Of a stretch of DNA of 64,000 nucleotides, positions 1 through 12,872 are shown one piece after another. Positions within the stretch are counted from its first letter, which is position 1. The number at the start of each line of letters is the position of its first letter. The stretch lies in the NCBI GenBank assembly GCA_054600435.1, contig BAAIJX010000043.1:62001-126000 (forward strand), in the 5' to 3' direction. The notes beneath the pieces were generated by a model. That model worked only from the letters and a program-made list of their open reading frames with translations, was not told where the DNA came from and did no database searches. Origin of the DNA: Neophaeotheca triangularis. Taxonomy: Eukaryota. A program made the position numbers and the translations under genes.

Positions 1-179
1 CAAACATCCTATCGTAGGTCATGGCGCAAACGGCGGTTTGCTCGCCTCGGCTTCCGAGGCTGCCCGATGTCGTCGTTGGAGAGCTGGCGAACACGTTGAA
101 TTGAGAGGGGCCTTCTCCGCGACATTGACGGTCAACTCGAGTGAATAGTCCAATTCAAAGGCGCCTATCTTGGAAAACC

Positions 180-2018
180 ATGCGACAATACGGTCGGCCG
201 AATGCTAAGCGGCACGAGCTGCCCTACAAGGAAGCGCCGCCGCCAGCGAACCCAGTCCTTCGAGGTCTGCCACTGTACTATCTCGCCAAATTGTAAGAAT
301 ACCAGGCATCTGGCTACGGACCTCGAGCAATTTGCCTGGATGCTAATTGACTGTTTCAAAGCGTCTCGAATGTGCCGTTGGTGCAGGACTTGTTGTGGAA
401 CAATTCTGGCTTTGGGGCCCTTCGCAATACACCCGGACTGGCAGACGTGGAGCCCAGATACGATCCGACCGTGGTCATATCTGGACCGGAAAACGTTCAG
501 AATCATCGCAAGTTGCTCGACGAAGATTGGGAATCGAAGAAACCGTCCGGCACAGCTTTCAAATCTGCCCTGGACTTCCACGAAGCCTACAAATCTGGCA
601 AGGTTACTCCTTCATCGGTCGCCAAAGCTCTGCTGCCCCTCATTCGCAGAGATGTTGCAAACCCCTCTAAGCACAGCACAGCATTCCTCGAGTCACGAGC
701 AGACCTTGTACTCCAAGCCGCCATCGAAAGTACAGCACGATACCACGACGGCAAACCGCTCTCGGTGCTTGATGGCGTGCCCGTTTGCGTCAAAGACGAA
801 GTGGCTCTGAAGGGCTACAGAAAATGTTTGGGTTCAAAACACGACTATATCGATGCCAATGATAGCACGAGCTTTTGCGTGCAGCAATGGCTTGACGCAG
901 GCGCCATCATCATCGGCAAGACTAACATGCACGAGCTCGGGCTGGCGACGACGAACAACAATCCCAACTTTGGCACGCCGTTGAATCCTTACAATGACCG
1001 CTACTACTGTGGTGGCAGCTCGGGGGGGGGCGCATACGCCGCAGGCGCGGGCTCGACTCCAATTGCTCTCGGGGCTGATGGCGGTGGGAGCATCAGGATT
1101 CCAGCGGCTTACTGCGGTGGTTTCGGTCTCAAGACCTCGCACGGGAGGGTCAGTGGAAGGCCGACGCCTAGTCTGGCCTTGAGCACAGGCGTTCTCGGAC
1201 CCATTGCCGCGAACATGGTGGACCTCGAGATAAGCTACCGCATCATGGCTGAGCCGGATCCCCTCCACGACACTTCCTCGCTCATGTCGGCACCAGGCTC
1301 AATCGACATGAACGGAGATGGCAAAAAGGTTCTGGGAATACCCAAGCGATGGTTCGATCAAGCTGATGCCGCGGTGCAGAAGACCTGCTACAACGCAATA
1401 GACTTCTTGACTTCCGAGGTGGGCTACACAACCATCGACATAGACCTACCGATGCTCCACGAAGGACAAATGGCCCACGCAATGACAATCCTCGCAGAGA
1501 TCAGCTCCGGAGTTTCATCGACCAAAGATCTAACAGCTCAAAACCAAATCCTAGTCTCAGTCGGCAGCAGAACACCAGCCATAGACTTCCTCCAAGCGCA
1601 AAAAGTTCGCAACCTGCTGATGCAGCACCTCTCCCACCTATACTCGTCGCACCCGGGCCTTGTCATTGTAACTCCCACCACTCCAAACGCCGGCTGGAGC
1701 ATCGCACATCCGGGCGATTTGACCTACGGCTGCAGCGACGAGAACAACAGCATCAGATCCATGACTTACGTCTGGCTAGCGAATTTCAGCGGCTGCCCTG
1801 CCATTTCGGCGCCAGTCGGCTATGCAGATGCCGTTGCGGGCGAGGGCAGGGTTCCCGTGGGTTTGATGGGCATGGGGGAGTGGTGCGCGGAGACTGCGTT
1901 GCTGCGGTTTGGGTATGATGTCGAGGCGTTTCTGACCGCTCGGTCGGATGCCGGGAGGGCTAGGCCTGCGGGTTGGGTCGACGTGTTGCAGCTGGCGGGG
2001 GAGACGTTGGACTTATGA
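180..2018 (+). CDS. Amidase-signature family enzyme (FAAH-like); exons 180-292, 362-2018
   Basis: Motifs LDGVPVCVKD (catalytic Lys), GKTNMHELG, GGSSGG and GADGGGSIRIPAAYCG. Intron GTAAGA(293)..GCTAAT..AAG(361) joins ATG180 in frame (NPVLRGLPLYYLAKF-VSNVP). Confidence 0.9.
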
Positions 2019-3849
2019 GCCGGAAGATCATAAGTCGGAAGCTGTCCATAGGTATCTTGACCGCACATTTGATGCGTCATGCTTGTAACCTGGGGTTGAC
2101 GTGCTTTGCGGTTGGATGCGGAATCGTGGCAAAGGCGGCTCTTTGCGCGTATCGCCCGTGTTGCAACGTGGTTGCGTTGGGTGTTGGCATCGGTGAAGAT
2201 GCTAAACACTTGAAGTCCTCGGCTATGGACATAGGTATTTGCTGATAGGGGGGCATCAGACCGCATTATTGCCGCGAGTAGCGCCACCTGCACCCAAGGT
2301 CCCATGGATGGCTGACGTGTGTCGTGTGAGTCTGTGAGAGGCGACCCAAGGTTGGTTCTTGACGCAGGGACTACTCGGGGTACCTACCTCCCTAGGCAAG
2401 CATGAAAGTGAAGAAGTGATGGATGGCTAGGCGCATGGCCTGAGTAATAATAATAACAAAGCAAGTCAAATTCCGATTCGGTGACGGGCGTCGGTGTCGA
2501 TGCTGGGCGGTAGAGGCAAACGCCTCCCGCATACTAAAAAGGCACTAACTATGCTACTACTAGCACGTAGATACTACTACATACCCGACAGACAGCATGC
2601 AATCCCACGCCTCTAGAGGTGACTGGCTGCTGCAGGAAGCGCCGACGTTTGGCGGTTCGCGACCTGTCGAAAGTGCGCGGACCCGGTTGTGTGTAATGGA
2701 GAAGAAAGAGTGATGCGTAACAGACGGTACCTAAGGTAGGTAGGGGTGGTGTCTGCAGGTGCGTGTGTCTCGGGCTTGTGTCATGCTTTGGACTTCCAGT
2801 CAAAGTTGGGAGGTAAAGGTAAGATTGTTGGGATGGAAGGTTTGTCGGGGTACCAAATGACAGATATATTCAATAACAGGTACTACAGTAGTATGTTAGT
2901 ATGTAAGGTAAAGAAAGGTAGCTTAATTTAATACATCGGTAGGGCCCGTATAGGTACAGTACCAAGAGTACCTCCTACTACTGACTAGCATCCTGCACGT
3001 TGCCTGCCACGCTGCGTCCCGTCTTGACGCATTTGCATTTTGTATTTGCATTAAATTGACGTTATGTTAGTAGTAAGTTATAACAACGACAGCCAAGGTT
3101 TGCTTTTGTTTGGTTTGCATTTCCACACTACTAGTTGGTAGTAACTAAGGTAGGTATGGGTATTCAACTTTCTTCACCGAATCCCTGCTCGCTGGTCTCT
3201 ACATACCATCCAATCGTTACCGGCCCGCTTCCCCTTGTTTCTCTCTCCCTCTCTCTCTCATCTCTTCTCTCTTTGCTAACAACAAAATCACTTACATTGC
3301 TTCTTGCTCCTTGTTCCTCGCTCCCCGGCCGCCGCTTCTTAGCACGAGGCAGGCACAGGTCGCCCAATAGCCTAATTACTAAGCCTACGGTACCTATCAT
3401 TCATCTCACTACTACCTACCTACTACCTACCTCTTACCTTACCTTACCTTACTTCTCCCTCCAACCGTTGGTCTGTGGTTAAGCTCCGCGCCTTGCTGCT
3501 GCGGTACCGCATGAATCGCACCACACTACTACTGTGAAGACCGTCGACCCTACCTTAACCCCCTACGCAGTCGATCCCTTGCTGCCCAACCCTGTCCACT
3601 CGTTCCAACTCATCACTCCTTTTGCTTCTCACTCACTACTACTCACTCAGCAGTACTCACTTGCCACCAATTCTCTCCTCTCGTCAATTCGAAGCACATT
3701 CCTACGCCCATCCTTCATCAGCCCGTCAACAACCGAAACACTCTCGCTCGACCTTGCCTTCCTTCACATCACAAGCGACATTCCATAGCCACTTTCAAAC
3801 ACTGCCAAACACTTCCTCTTGGCTCTGCAACGAGTCCACTACGGCCGCC

Positions 3850-4695
3850 ATGAAGCGCGACAAGCCTATCGACCGCACCGTCTACCAACACCTCTTCCCC
3901 CACCCAACACCACAGGACCCACCTTCCTTCGCTGTCCACCTCGCCAGAAATCTAGTACCCGAGATTCGCATTGAAGTCGCGACCTTCTACGGCGATCTCG
4001 CGACAGTCGAGGCCCGCTACCCTGGTCTCAACTACACTCACCCTTCTCACCGCATGCGCCTCGGTCGCTTCAATCACCACAGACGTCTCTTCGGCGCATT
4101 CGACAAGTTGGGTCTGACCGAGGGCGAGATCCAAGGCTTTTGTCAATGGGAGGGGACAAAGTGGGCTAGAGAGCGCTACGAGGCGGACGAAGGCGTCAAA
4201 GTCAACGACACAACGGGCAGTGAGATCGGACCTTATGTTGACAGGAAGCACGTGAGGCGGGAACTGGCACAAAGCAGGAAACAGAGCATCACCAAGCAAA
4301 CCGACATCGAGGTTCTCGTCGAAGATGCCCACACTCAAACAAGCACTCCACTTGTCGCTGCGACGGCCGAGGCGGACGCGAACATGAGCGATGCTGACGA
4401 ATCTGAGAGCGAAGCTGAGGACGACGAAACGGTGACTGAGGGGGAGCAGCAGGCCGCAGAGGCAGCCTTGTTCGAACGTCTTGATGCGGCGAGATCCAAC
4501 ATCAGGGAAAGCAGTCTGTCTCGTCGGGCCGCCACACAACGTCTTATCGAGGCTTGGGAGAACGGGCAGAATCTCGACCCTGATCTCGAGCAGTTTCTCA
4601 AAGATCAGAGCGAGCGTGGTATGCTGGCCTACGACATGGATTTGAGCGCTTTTGTCAACGGGCAGAGGCTGTCGAACGGCGCGGCTGCGGCATAA
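3850..4695 (+). CDS. Hypothetical protein, probably conserved in filamentous fungi (globular N-half, acidic C-half)
   Basis: First ATG in the frame is at 3850 in GCCGCCATG context. Protein-like core LVPEIRIEVATFYG..EARYPGLNY..HRRLFGAFDKLGLT..CQWEGTKWARERYE. No introns. Confidence 0.8.
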   Translation: MKRDKPIDRTVYQHLFPHPTPQDPPSFAVHLARNLVPEIRIEVATFYGDLATVEARYPGLNYTHPSHRMRLGRFNHHRRLFGAFDKLGLTEGEIQGFCQWEGTKWARERYEADEGVKVNDTTGSEIGPYVDRKHVRRELAQSRKQSITKQTDIEVLVEDAHTQTSTPLVAATAEADANMSDADESESEAEDDETVTEGEQQAAEAALFERLDAARSNIRESSLSRRAATQRLIEAWENGQNLDPDLEQFLKDQSERGMLAYDMDLSAFVNGQRLSNGAAAA

Positions 4696-5240
4696 ATGGA
4701 AGCCCCTCCACGGTGGCGTTCATGAGAGAGGGGTGCCTTCTGCGATGCTAACTACGGCGCGACTCATACCAAAGGGAACGGAGTAGAGGGAACGGTTTGT
4801 GAAAAGCGATGGCGTTTAGGAGGCCCGGGACAGGCTTCGGTCGAGGCTACTTGAATTTAGCATGGCGTAAGGAGATCTACCATGACGCTTGTTACAGTAG
4901 GCATACGTCTATAGCTTTGCGAAAACATTACTTCAATTTGTCCGTTTGTGTTTCTTGAAAGTGGGCTCACCTTGGTATCTGCTTCATTCACCGACGTGGG
5001 TCCGTGCGCAAAAAAGTCATGAGCCTCTCACTTCACCTGTTGGCAAATATTGCAACATGAGAGGGTAGCAATAACCTACTCAACTGACGCTGCAACTTGA
5101 GATCAAAAAGACTCGAAAAATTACGTCAGAAGCTATCCGACCTCGTGCTCTTCCTCGACTGGTTGCGAAAAACTTTGCGGACCAGGAAAGCCATTCTAAG
5201 CCATAATAAACGGGCAGTCAACACTTCAACATCCCTCGCA

Positions 5241-6382
5241 ATGGCAAAGCTCCTGGGACAAGCTAGTTTTGGAGCATCGGCCGACACGTACTATTATAAG
5301 TTAGCAGCCGGCGTCGCCAATTCCTATGCTACAATATCTTCAGACGACTGCTTGAGGATATTTGATGCTGAGTCTTTGAGCCTGGCTTCCCTCGTTCGAC
5401 AATGCCACCAAGGGACATCTTGTCTGCAATCTTCGGATGATGGGAGCTTGTTCTTCACCGCGGGCAGAGACGGCAAAATCCAGGCTTTCGATGCTCGAGG
5501 CAAAAAGTCGAGCTTGACGTTAACTGACCGTAAGTGCTCGCTTCAGCTTGTGATCTAAAACCGTGCTGACCCTACCTAGCAAAAGGCGCCGGATTTTCTG
5601 CCCTGGCATGTCGCGAACACTATATCGCAGCCGGCACCGAAAGTACATCAGAAGGCCTCCTGGGCGACGTCAACGTTCTCATCTACGATACCCGGAACCC
5701 AGGCGCACCGCTACGACAGTACTCTGAATCCCACACCGATAGCATTACTCAGCTTTCCTTCCACCCCACTCGACCTCAATGTCTCCTATCCGGCAGCACT
5801 GACGGCCTAGTCTCCCTCTTCGACGTCAACCAGGCCGACGAAGACGACGCTCTGCAGCAAGTCCTTAACCCCAGATCGGCTGTGCACTGTACAGGCTTCC
5901 TCGCGCCGGAGCAAGTCTACGTCCTATCCACCGACGAGAATTTCTCCATCTTTGATGTCTCTGAGAGCCAGCTGGAGGAAGCAGAAGCCGCCATGGAGAC
6001 CCGCACCGTAGCAGACTTCGGCGACGTGCGAGAGAAGCTCAACTGCATGTATGTGGTCGACTTACTCCAGAAACCCGGCTTCAGCGCGCCGATTTTGGCG
6101 TACGGTCACAACGAGAACCAGACATTGTCGTTGGTGCCCTTGCAGGCGCCCAACTGGACTTTTGGGACGCCTATCGACCTGCCAGGCGGTCATGGGGAGG
6201 AAGTTTGCCGCGATGTTTACATTGACGCTGCTGCTCAACGTGTGCTCAGCTGTGGCGAAGATGGTCAGATCAAAGTGTGGAGCCTTGATGCTGAGAACTC
6301 GGCCGAGGGTGTAGATCGTCCGGTGAAGTCAAAGAGTGAAGCCCGGAAGCAGAAGAAGGCTGAGAGATATACGCCTTACTAG
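5241..6382 (+). CDS. WD40-repeat protein, WDR89-like; exons 5241-5529, 5580-6382
   Basis: WD repeats FTAGRDGKIQAFD, YSESHTDSITQLSFHP..LLSGSTDGLVSLFD and GGHGEEVCRD..SCGEDGQIKVW. Intron GTAAGT(5530)..GCTGAC..TAG(5579). Confidence 0.85.
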
Positions 6383-6871
6383 AGCGACTTGGGTTGTGAG
6401 CAAGCGAAATAGTGTCGACATTCATTCGGCTTCACGCATGTAGTTGCGACCGCTCGTGCTTTCTCGAAGGTGCATCGAACTTTTTCTAACCTCCGTTGTT
6501 CTAGGCTAACTGATACTCTTGTTCTCTGACCATTTTGGAATCTGGTGGCCTTCCTGCATTCAGCCGCCTCAACATAAACGTGCGTCTTATGGCAGCGCTG
6601 CCCTCCAGTGTATAGTGTCACTTGGGTCGACAACACACCTTGACGGCCACACCAGTCTCGATCAATGAAGCCTCCAGCCAAGACCACTTCGTGGGAAGGT
6701 CCTTACGTCGTCAGAAGAGGACCGCACGCGGCCCAATCTCGACTTGCAACTATTACTCGCGATTGCCCATGCTCTCATCTCGAACCTTCATTGCTCTAAG
6801 CCACCTGTTACTCTACTCCTTGGGCATTTTGGATTCCGGCCAACTTGCTACGCCTAGCCCAAGCGGTGCCC

Positions 6872-8096
6872 ATGACAACAAGCTACTCGACGATCTTACT
6901 CTCTCTTGACCCAACACCAGTACCCATGGATGAGACTTCCAACAAAGACGACTTCGTGCGAAGGTCCATGCGTCGTCAGAGAATCACTTACCGCCAGGGT
7001 TCAGCCAACAGCTATTACGAGTCTACCGATACCGAAGTCGAGGTTTTCGCGGACGAAAACGAGGCAACATCTCATGACATGTCTTCCAAGTGAGCCATGG
7101 TTCCTATGACACCTTCCAGTGCTTCACTAACAGCTTCCTCCCCAAGCCGTCCTACCAAGCGTCCAAGATTGCCGTACGATGATGATGACGACAGAATCAT
7201 GATTTTCGAAGCTGGCGTTGCTCGGGACTCAGCAGAAAATCAAGAACCACCAGAGCAGTCAGTAGACACTTGTACTTCACTCGTGTACTTCAAACTCCTA
7301 ATCTCAGCCGCGCAGGGTCGAATCCATCAAGCAAGCCGACAGCAAGCAGCTAGCGTCGACCAAAACCACCGCGACCTTCGCAACCTCACCCACGTCGTCA
7401 CACGCCCCGACAATCGATCCCAACACTCTAGTGATCCTCAGCATCGGGCCTCCCCCAAAAACTCCGAAAGGCACAAAAAGCACCAAATCCCTCGAGAACA
7501 AAGAACAACGATTCATCCTCCCCTACCACCTCGCCAGCCTGATCCCCACCTACAACGACCAAATCAACTCCATCATCAGCTCACCCAACTACCTCGGCGA
7601 AAGGATCAAGATCCGCGATCCCGAAAATCGCGCCGAAGAACCCCTGCTGCAAACATTCCAGTTCCTCGCCTCCGGCCAGCTTCCAGGCGTCAACGGCTTG
7701 CAAGACGAAGACCTAGAAGCCTCTCTCCTCGCCCTGCTCGAACTCTACTCCCTCGGCGGCTCGTTGCAGCTGTCGGGCGTGCGCGAGGCCATCGTCGCCC
7801 GCGTCGCCGCGCGCGATTACGGTTTGCAGGAATTCCAGACGTTGGCGTTGATGTGCGGTGAGGATTCCGGGGAGGCTTATGACGTTCGGGTGGATTGTCC
7901 ACTGGGATTGTGGCTTGGAGAAATGTTGAGGGGAAATTTGGGCCGGTTGATGGAGACGGGTCGGGATGAGGCTCTTACTGCCGAGGGGGGCATGTTGAAT
8001 TCGCTGGTGCTGGCGGTGCTCAAGGAGGGCTATAGGGCGCGTCTTCCTAGCCAGCCGGGTGGCGAGGTCGAGGCTGTGGTCAAGACTGAGCTGTGA
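6872..8096 (+). CDS. Hypothetical protein with C-terminal BTB/POZ-like domain; exons 6872-7089, 7147-7257, 7316-8096
   Basis: Introns GTGAGC(7090)..CTAAC..AAG(7146) and GTCAGT(7258)..CTAAT..CAG(7315) join three ORF-track pieces in frame. The C-terminal pattern (VILSIG..RFILPYHL..FQFLASG..LLELYSLGGSLQL) resembles fungal BTB domains (inference). Confidence 0.6.
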
Positions 8097-8354
8097 GGGG
8101 ATCGTGCATGGAGCAAGGCTAGGGAGACGATTCACTTTGGGAGCATATTGAAGAACAAGGCAGACTTGCCGGCCAATTCCGTCGTCAAAAGAGGACCGTT
8201 GATGTTGGTAGAGCCTATTGAAAAGCACTGTTAGCAACCTTTGACAAGCTACCAAGGCTATGTATGTTCAAGGCTTACACATGTTGTGAAGGGATGGTGA
8301 GGGTGCGGCTATCTGATACCATCTCGATCCGTCATGACCACACTGGAACTCCTA

Positions 8355-10414
8355 TCAATGCGCTCGGACTTTACACCACGCCGTGGCAGCAACAGAACCA
8401 TCAGACTCAGATGTTGCCGTCAACTTCACTTTCCCGTGCTTCGCGCACCCACCAGCACCGTCAGCTCTAACGGCAACACCAACAGTCTCCGACTCTCCAA
8501 AACCAACAGCAGCCAAAGCATTCGGCACGGCAACCTCCCAACCGTGGCCGTCGATCTCTGCCTCGAGCCTGTAAATGTCCGAGCCAAAGTAGCGAGAGGC
8601 GTCGGCACTCGCATTTCCAGCACTGTACGTGCCGGTATTGGAGAGCTCGAACTCGCACAAGACGCCCTTGTCCATTACATTTCCTTTCGAGGATCTTCCC
8701 TTGCTGAGCTCAGCGCCAAAAGAGCTCGTACCGCTGCCCTCGAGCGAGCGCGCACCGACTGTATAGTGCAACACGCCAGCATCATCTTGCCTCATATCCA
8801 GAATGTAGAGATGCAAACCGTTCGCCTCGTCCACGTGTTCGAACTCGCTGCCAGAGCGCGTGCCGGCGTGGAAGAGGGCGTCAGCTAGTTGACGGTAGTC
8901 GCCAATGGAGACCATAGCCGCGGTGCCATTTGGACGGTAGAAGTCGACCCAATTGATGTCCTCAGGATGCGCGTCAATGGTCCATTGGAAGGGCATAGGT
9001 GCCGGGGCTTCCTTGCTCTTGCTGATCATGACGCCAGAAGCTGGGGTGAAGGTGTCGGCTCCGAGACGTTGGATTACTTCGAGATCATAATAGGTGTAGT
9101 TGCCGCCGTCGCAGAATGCATCCAGGGAAGTGTTGCAGGCGGGCGAGAGGTCCGCGTCCATGCTAATTCGGAAGGCTGAAAGGTGGTCGTCGGACTCTGG
9201 GATCGCGGCGCGAGCTGTGAGCTTGGCCACTGCGATACCAGAGGCGGCAAGGGTGTCGCGCGATACCACGGCTACCCTTGCATCCTCATCGATCAGCTCA
9301 AGTTCCAGCTTATCACGAACAGTGTGTTGAGAACCGAGAGCCGAGCCTTGCAGACAAGGAATTTGCCAGCGCGTATGAGGGCCGCCCGGACCGTTAAAAC
9401 TTCCCCGAGACATCATGCTCCAAGGCCCGGTATAGGAGCGACGAGGAGGCTCAGAGTAAGGGTTGTTGTAGTTGTCGCCGATGCCGATCAAGTGAGAGAG
9501 TTCATGGGCGAATACGCCAGCCCCGGAGCTTTCAGCTTGTGTACTGCTGCCACTACCTGCGTTTGGCCAGATGGATGCGGCGGACGCCCAGCTTGTCCAT
9601 GGTACGTATCTGGTTTGCGCCCAGTTGGGTAGACTGCTGTTGTCAGGCGGACCGAAAGCATCTGACACGTCATCCCGGCTCTCGAAAAGCATCTCGCCAA
9701 ATTCTTGTCCACATGTTAGCAGATTGCATATGGGGGATGCCGGCTATTCATACCTTGCCAGGATCCACTTTCGTCTTGCCCAGCAACAATGATGAAAGCC
9801 AGCTCGTAGGCATCAGCTGTCTCATTGCCAATATCCAGGCGCCACGCACCGAGAGCGTCGGTTCTAAGGTCAACAGCGCACGGCTCCTCGGGGCAAGCAT
9901 CCTCGTTGAAACCTCCCTCACGGTTGTCAATGCCGTACTGGAAAGATTTGGCAGGGAGCCTGTAGGCGCCAAATGCGGTCAAATCAACACCGTAGCGGCC
10001 AGAGGAGTCCTCCATCCAGTACTCGTGCAATGTATGGTACCTGTTGAGCTCCTGGGGTTTGTTCAAGAGATCATGGTAGTATGTTGCGACCTCGCTGCGG
10101 TCAAGACCGGACACTTCAGGCTGCGGGTTGCCAAAGACAGTTTCGTTGGGCTGTTTGGTGACGACAAAGTCCATGTCCGGGAAGTCGACAACTACTACAG
10201 CGATATTGAAGTTTCGATTCGAGCCTGTGACGTTGGGGTCACCCCAGTTGGTACCGGGTGGTGGGACATATTCCTCCCAGGTCATGTTGTCGGGGTTGAC
10301 ATAGTTTTGAGGATCAATGACCGCGAAAGGATTCTTGGCCGATGTATGATGAGTAGGTGTTGCCTGGGAGGCAGCAATCCAAAGGCTACCAGCAAGGGTT
10401 GATTCCAACCTCAT
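8355..10414 (-). CDS. Secreted M6-family (immune inhibitor A-like) zinc metalloprotease; exons 10414-9754, 9703-8355
   Basis: Signal-peptide-like N-terminus, VVDFPD, AGQDESGSWQ|EFGEM across the intron, zinc motif HELSHLIGIGD (HEXXHXXGXXD) and Met-turn WSMMSRGS. Confidence 0.85.
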
Positions 10415-11103
10415 AGTGAGTTGTAGTTGTGGATATCTTTGTCAGAGGGAAAAGACAACAAGGGCGAAAGAGGGGCAAATGCCTTCCTTATACCTACCTA
10501 ACTGGTTGCGGCCGCAATGCTGGTGAGAAGATTCAAGCAAGGATAAGCAAGGGTGCGTGCCTGCATAAGCGTCCTATCCTCGCGATAGTGAGATAATGAT
10601 ACAGCGATGGTTTTTGCAAGTGGTGTAGGATAGACGTGGATAGACGTCGAGATATGCTTCTTTTGGACCCCGCTAGCCCCTCTTTCAAGGCTTGGCTGCC
10701 TCTTGAGGTGATGTTACCTGCTTGAAACAGCAACGCCCGGTGGAGTACCTCCCTTGGCAGCAGCAACATCCAGCGGGGTTAGAGGGGGGAACGACTGCTG
10801 TCATAGCGGTTACCAGCGGGCGGTGCAACAGAATGCGTGTTTGCCATGGTATTCAGGTATATCCAACCCATACCTAGGTAGTAAGAGCCGCTTTATGCCT
10901 TTGTCAAACCCCGTTTGTCCATTCTTGTTTCTGAGTAAGTAGCCACCCTACGATGAAATTGAGAGACAATTGCCTCGTTGAGAGAGTGCTGAAAGACCCT
11001 TCTAGTATTTCTTCACATCATAAATTGTCATTTTAGAGCAAGGAATGGTAAAGGTTGTAGTAATCTCATAGCTCGGAGCTTTTCATTTCTGCATAAATCG
11101 TAT

Positions 11104-12156
11104 CTACAAAGCGCTCACTTCCAAAACAGCCTTGCCGAAGTTCTTGCCCTCGAACAGACCGAGCAGACCCTCGCCAGCGTGGTCGATGCCCTTTGTAACG
11201 CTCATCTCGGCCTTGAAAGAGCCGTCGGCGATCCACTTCTGCACGTTCTCTTGGTGGTCCTTGTAGTACTTGGGGCCAAAGTTCTCGTCACTAACAATGA
11301 ATCCTTGCATCTTCAGGCGCTTGGCGACGAACTGCATGAGGTTGTTGACGCCGTAGTGCTGTTGCGGGGGCAAGTTGTACTGGCTAATCATTCCGCAGGC
11401 GACGACACGACCGCCCTGGTTCAGGGCGGTGATAGCCGCTTGCAATGTCTCACCGCCCACGTTCTCGTAGTAGATATCGATGCCATTAGGAGCCAACCTC
11501 TTGAGCGCGTCACCCGTGTTCTCTTTCTTGTAGTTGAAACCCTCGTCGAAACCAAGCTCGTTCTTTGTGAAAGCCAGTTTCTTGTCATCGCCAACGCTGC
11601 CAATTACCTTGAGACCCTCGTGCTTGGCGAGCTGACCGACGAGCTGACCGACCGCACCAGAGGCTGCGGAGATGAAGATGGTCTCACCCTTCTTGGGCTG
11701 GCCGATCTCGTAAAAGGATGAGTATGCGGTGAGACCCGGCATGCCCAACGCACCGACGAAGACCTTGGGGTCGAGGTTGTGTGGGTTTTCCAGCTTCTTC
11801 GCACCGGCAAGAAGCTCCTTGGGGATCACTGAGTATTCTTCGGTGAAGGCAGGAGAGGCAATGACAAGGTCACCCTCCTTGAAGCGAGAGTCGTCGCTCT
11901 TGATGACGGAAACAATGCCGGCGTTGGTCACGGGCTTGCCGAGCTCGAAGGGAGGGGCGTAGGACTTGATGCTGGGGTCACGCATGCGGCCGCGCTGGTA
12001 AGGGTCGAAGGAGATGTAGTGGACTTTGGCGGTGATACCACCGGCCGGCGGTGATTGCGAGGTATCAAAGTCGCGGGTTTCAATCTTGAGGTGCTCGCCC
12101 ACGACTGGCATGCCAGACGGGTGAGCGGCGTAGATCAAGCCTTTGTTTTGCACCAT
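11104..12156 (-). CDS. NADP-dependent oxidoreductase, prostaglandin/2-alkenal reductase (MDR, PGDH-like) family
   Basis: Motifs SFDPYQRGRM, LGMPGLTAY, ISAASGAVGQLVGQLAK, GIDIYYENVGG, CGMISQYN and GKNFGKAV. No introns. Confidence 0.93.
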   Translation of the reverse strand: MVQNKGLIYAAHPSGMPVVGEHLKIETRDFDTSQSPPAGGITAKVHYISFDPYQRGRMRDPSIKSYAPPFELGKPVTNAGIVSVIKSDDSRFKEGDLVIASPAFTEEYSVIPKELLAGAKKLENPHNLDPKVFVGALGMPGLTAYSSFYEIGQPKKGETIFISAASGAVGQLVGQLAKHEGLKVIGSVGDDKKLAFTKNELGFDEGFNYKKENTGDALKRLAPNGIDIYYENVGGETLQAAITALNQGGRVVACGMISQYNLPPQQHYGVNNLMQFVAKRLKMQGFIVSDENFGPKYYKDHQENVQKWIADGSFKAEMSVTKGIDHAGEGLLGLFEGKNFGKAVLEVSAL

Positions 12157-12872
12157 GATTGTTGTTATGGAAAGCTGATTCTTATCGTGAGGTTTGAAGT
12201 GGAAGGATGAAGTGCGACAGAGAGTTATCGGACGGTGGTGTGGAATAAGAGCTTCGATGGAGAGTACTGGTGGCCTTCATATACTCGTCACCAAGCGTTA
12301 AGGGATGAATCGTTTGGAAAGTCGTGGACTCCATTGCATTAGCAAGCAAGCAGGCGACACGTTCCCAGCCCTACCTCCCATCTCATCATCACACCTCGGT
12401 CCTCACCGACAGCTCCAGCTAGTACGGAGGTAGAGCCTAGAGGCGTAGTAAGGTACGGGTTTTGTGTCGTGGAGTTTGTTCGGCCGTTACATCATTGGTA
12501 AGAATACCTATCGGGGGCTACCCTCATAGGGAAGGGATGCCGAATCGCCACAGGTTGTTCGGTGCTGAGTCGGCACCCTCGGACGGACACTCACTACTAC
12601 CAAGGTTTTGTCCTGATTCTGTGCAGTAGTAGTAGCAGGCTAGAGAGATCATCCATGGATTCTAGGGTCAATGGGACTAGGTACCTCCGTCCTTGCTTAA
12701 CAAGCACAGAGAAAAGTCAGGTAGTTGCATTAGGTTATTATTATTATTGAACACATTCACGTGTTGTTGTCCGAGTTTTATCTTCAGGGTCCATGTCCGT
12801 GCCTCGGTGACTTCACTTGTCGCCATCAGTATCACGGAGTGAAGCAACTCGCAGAGCCTCTCTACAGCAAAA

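Noticed and set aside
7091..7093. In-frame TGA suggesting a pseudogene or readthrough
   Set aside because: It lies within a 57-nt intron (7090-7146) that restores the frame.
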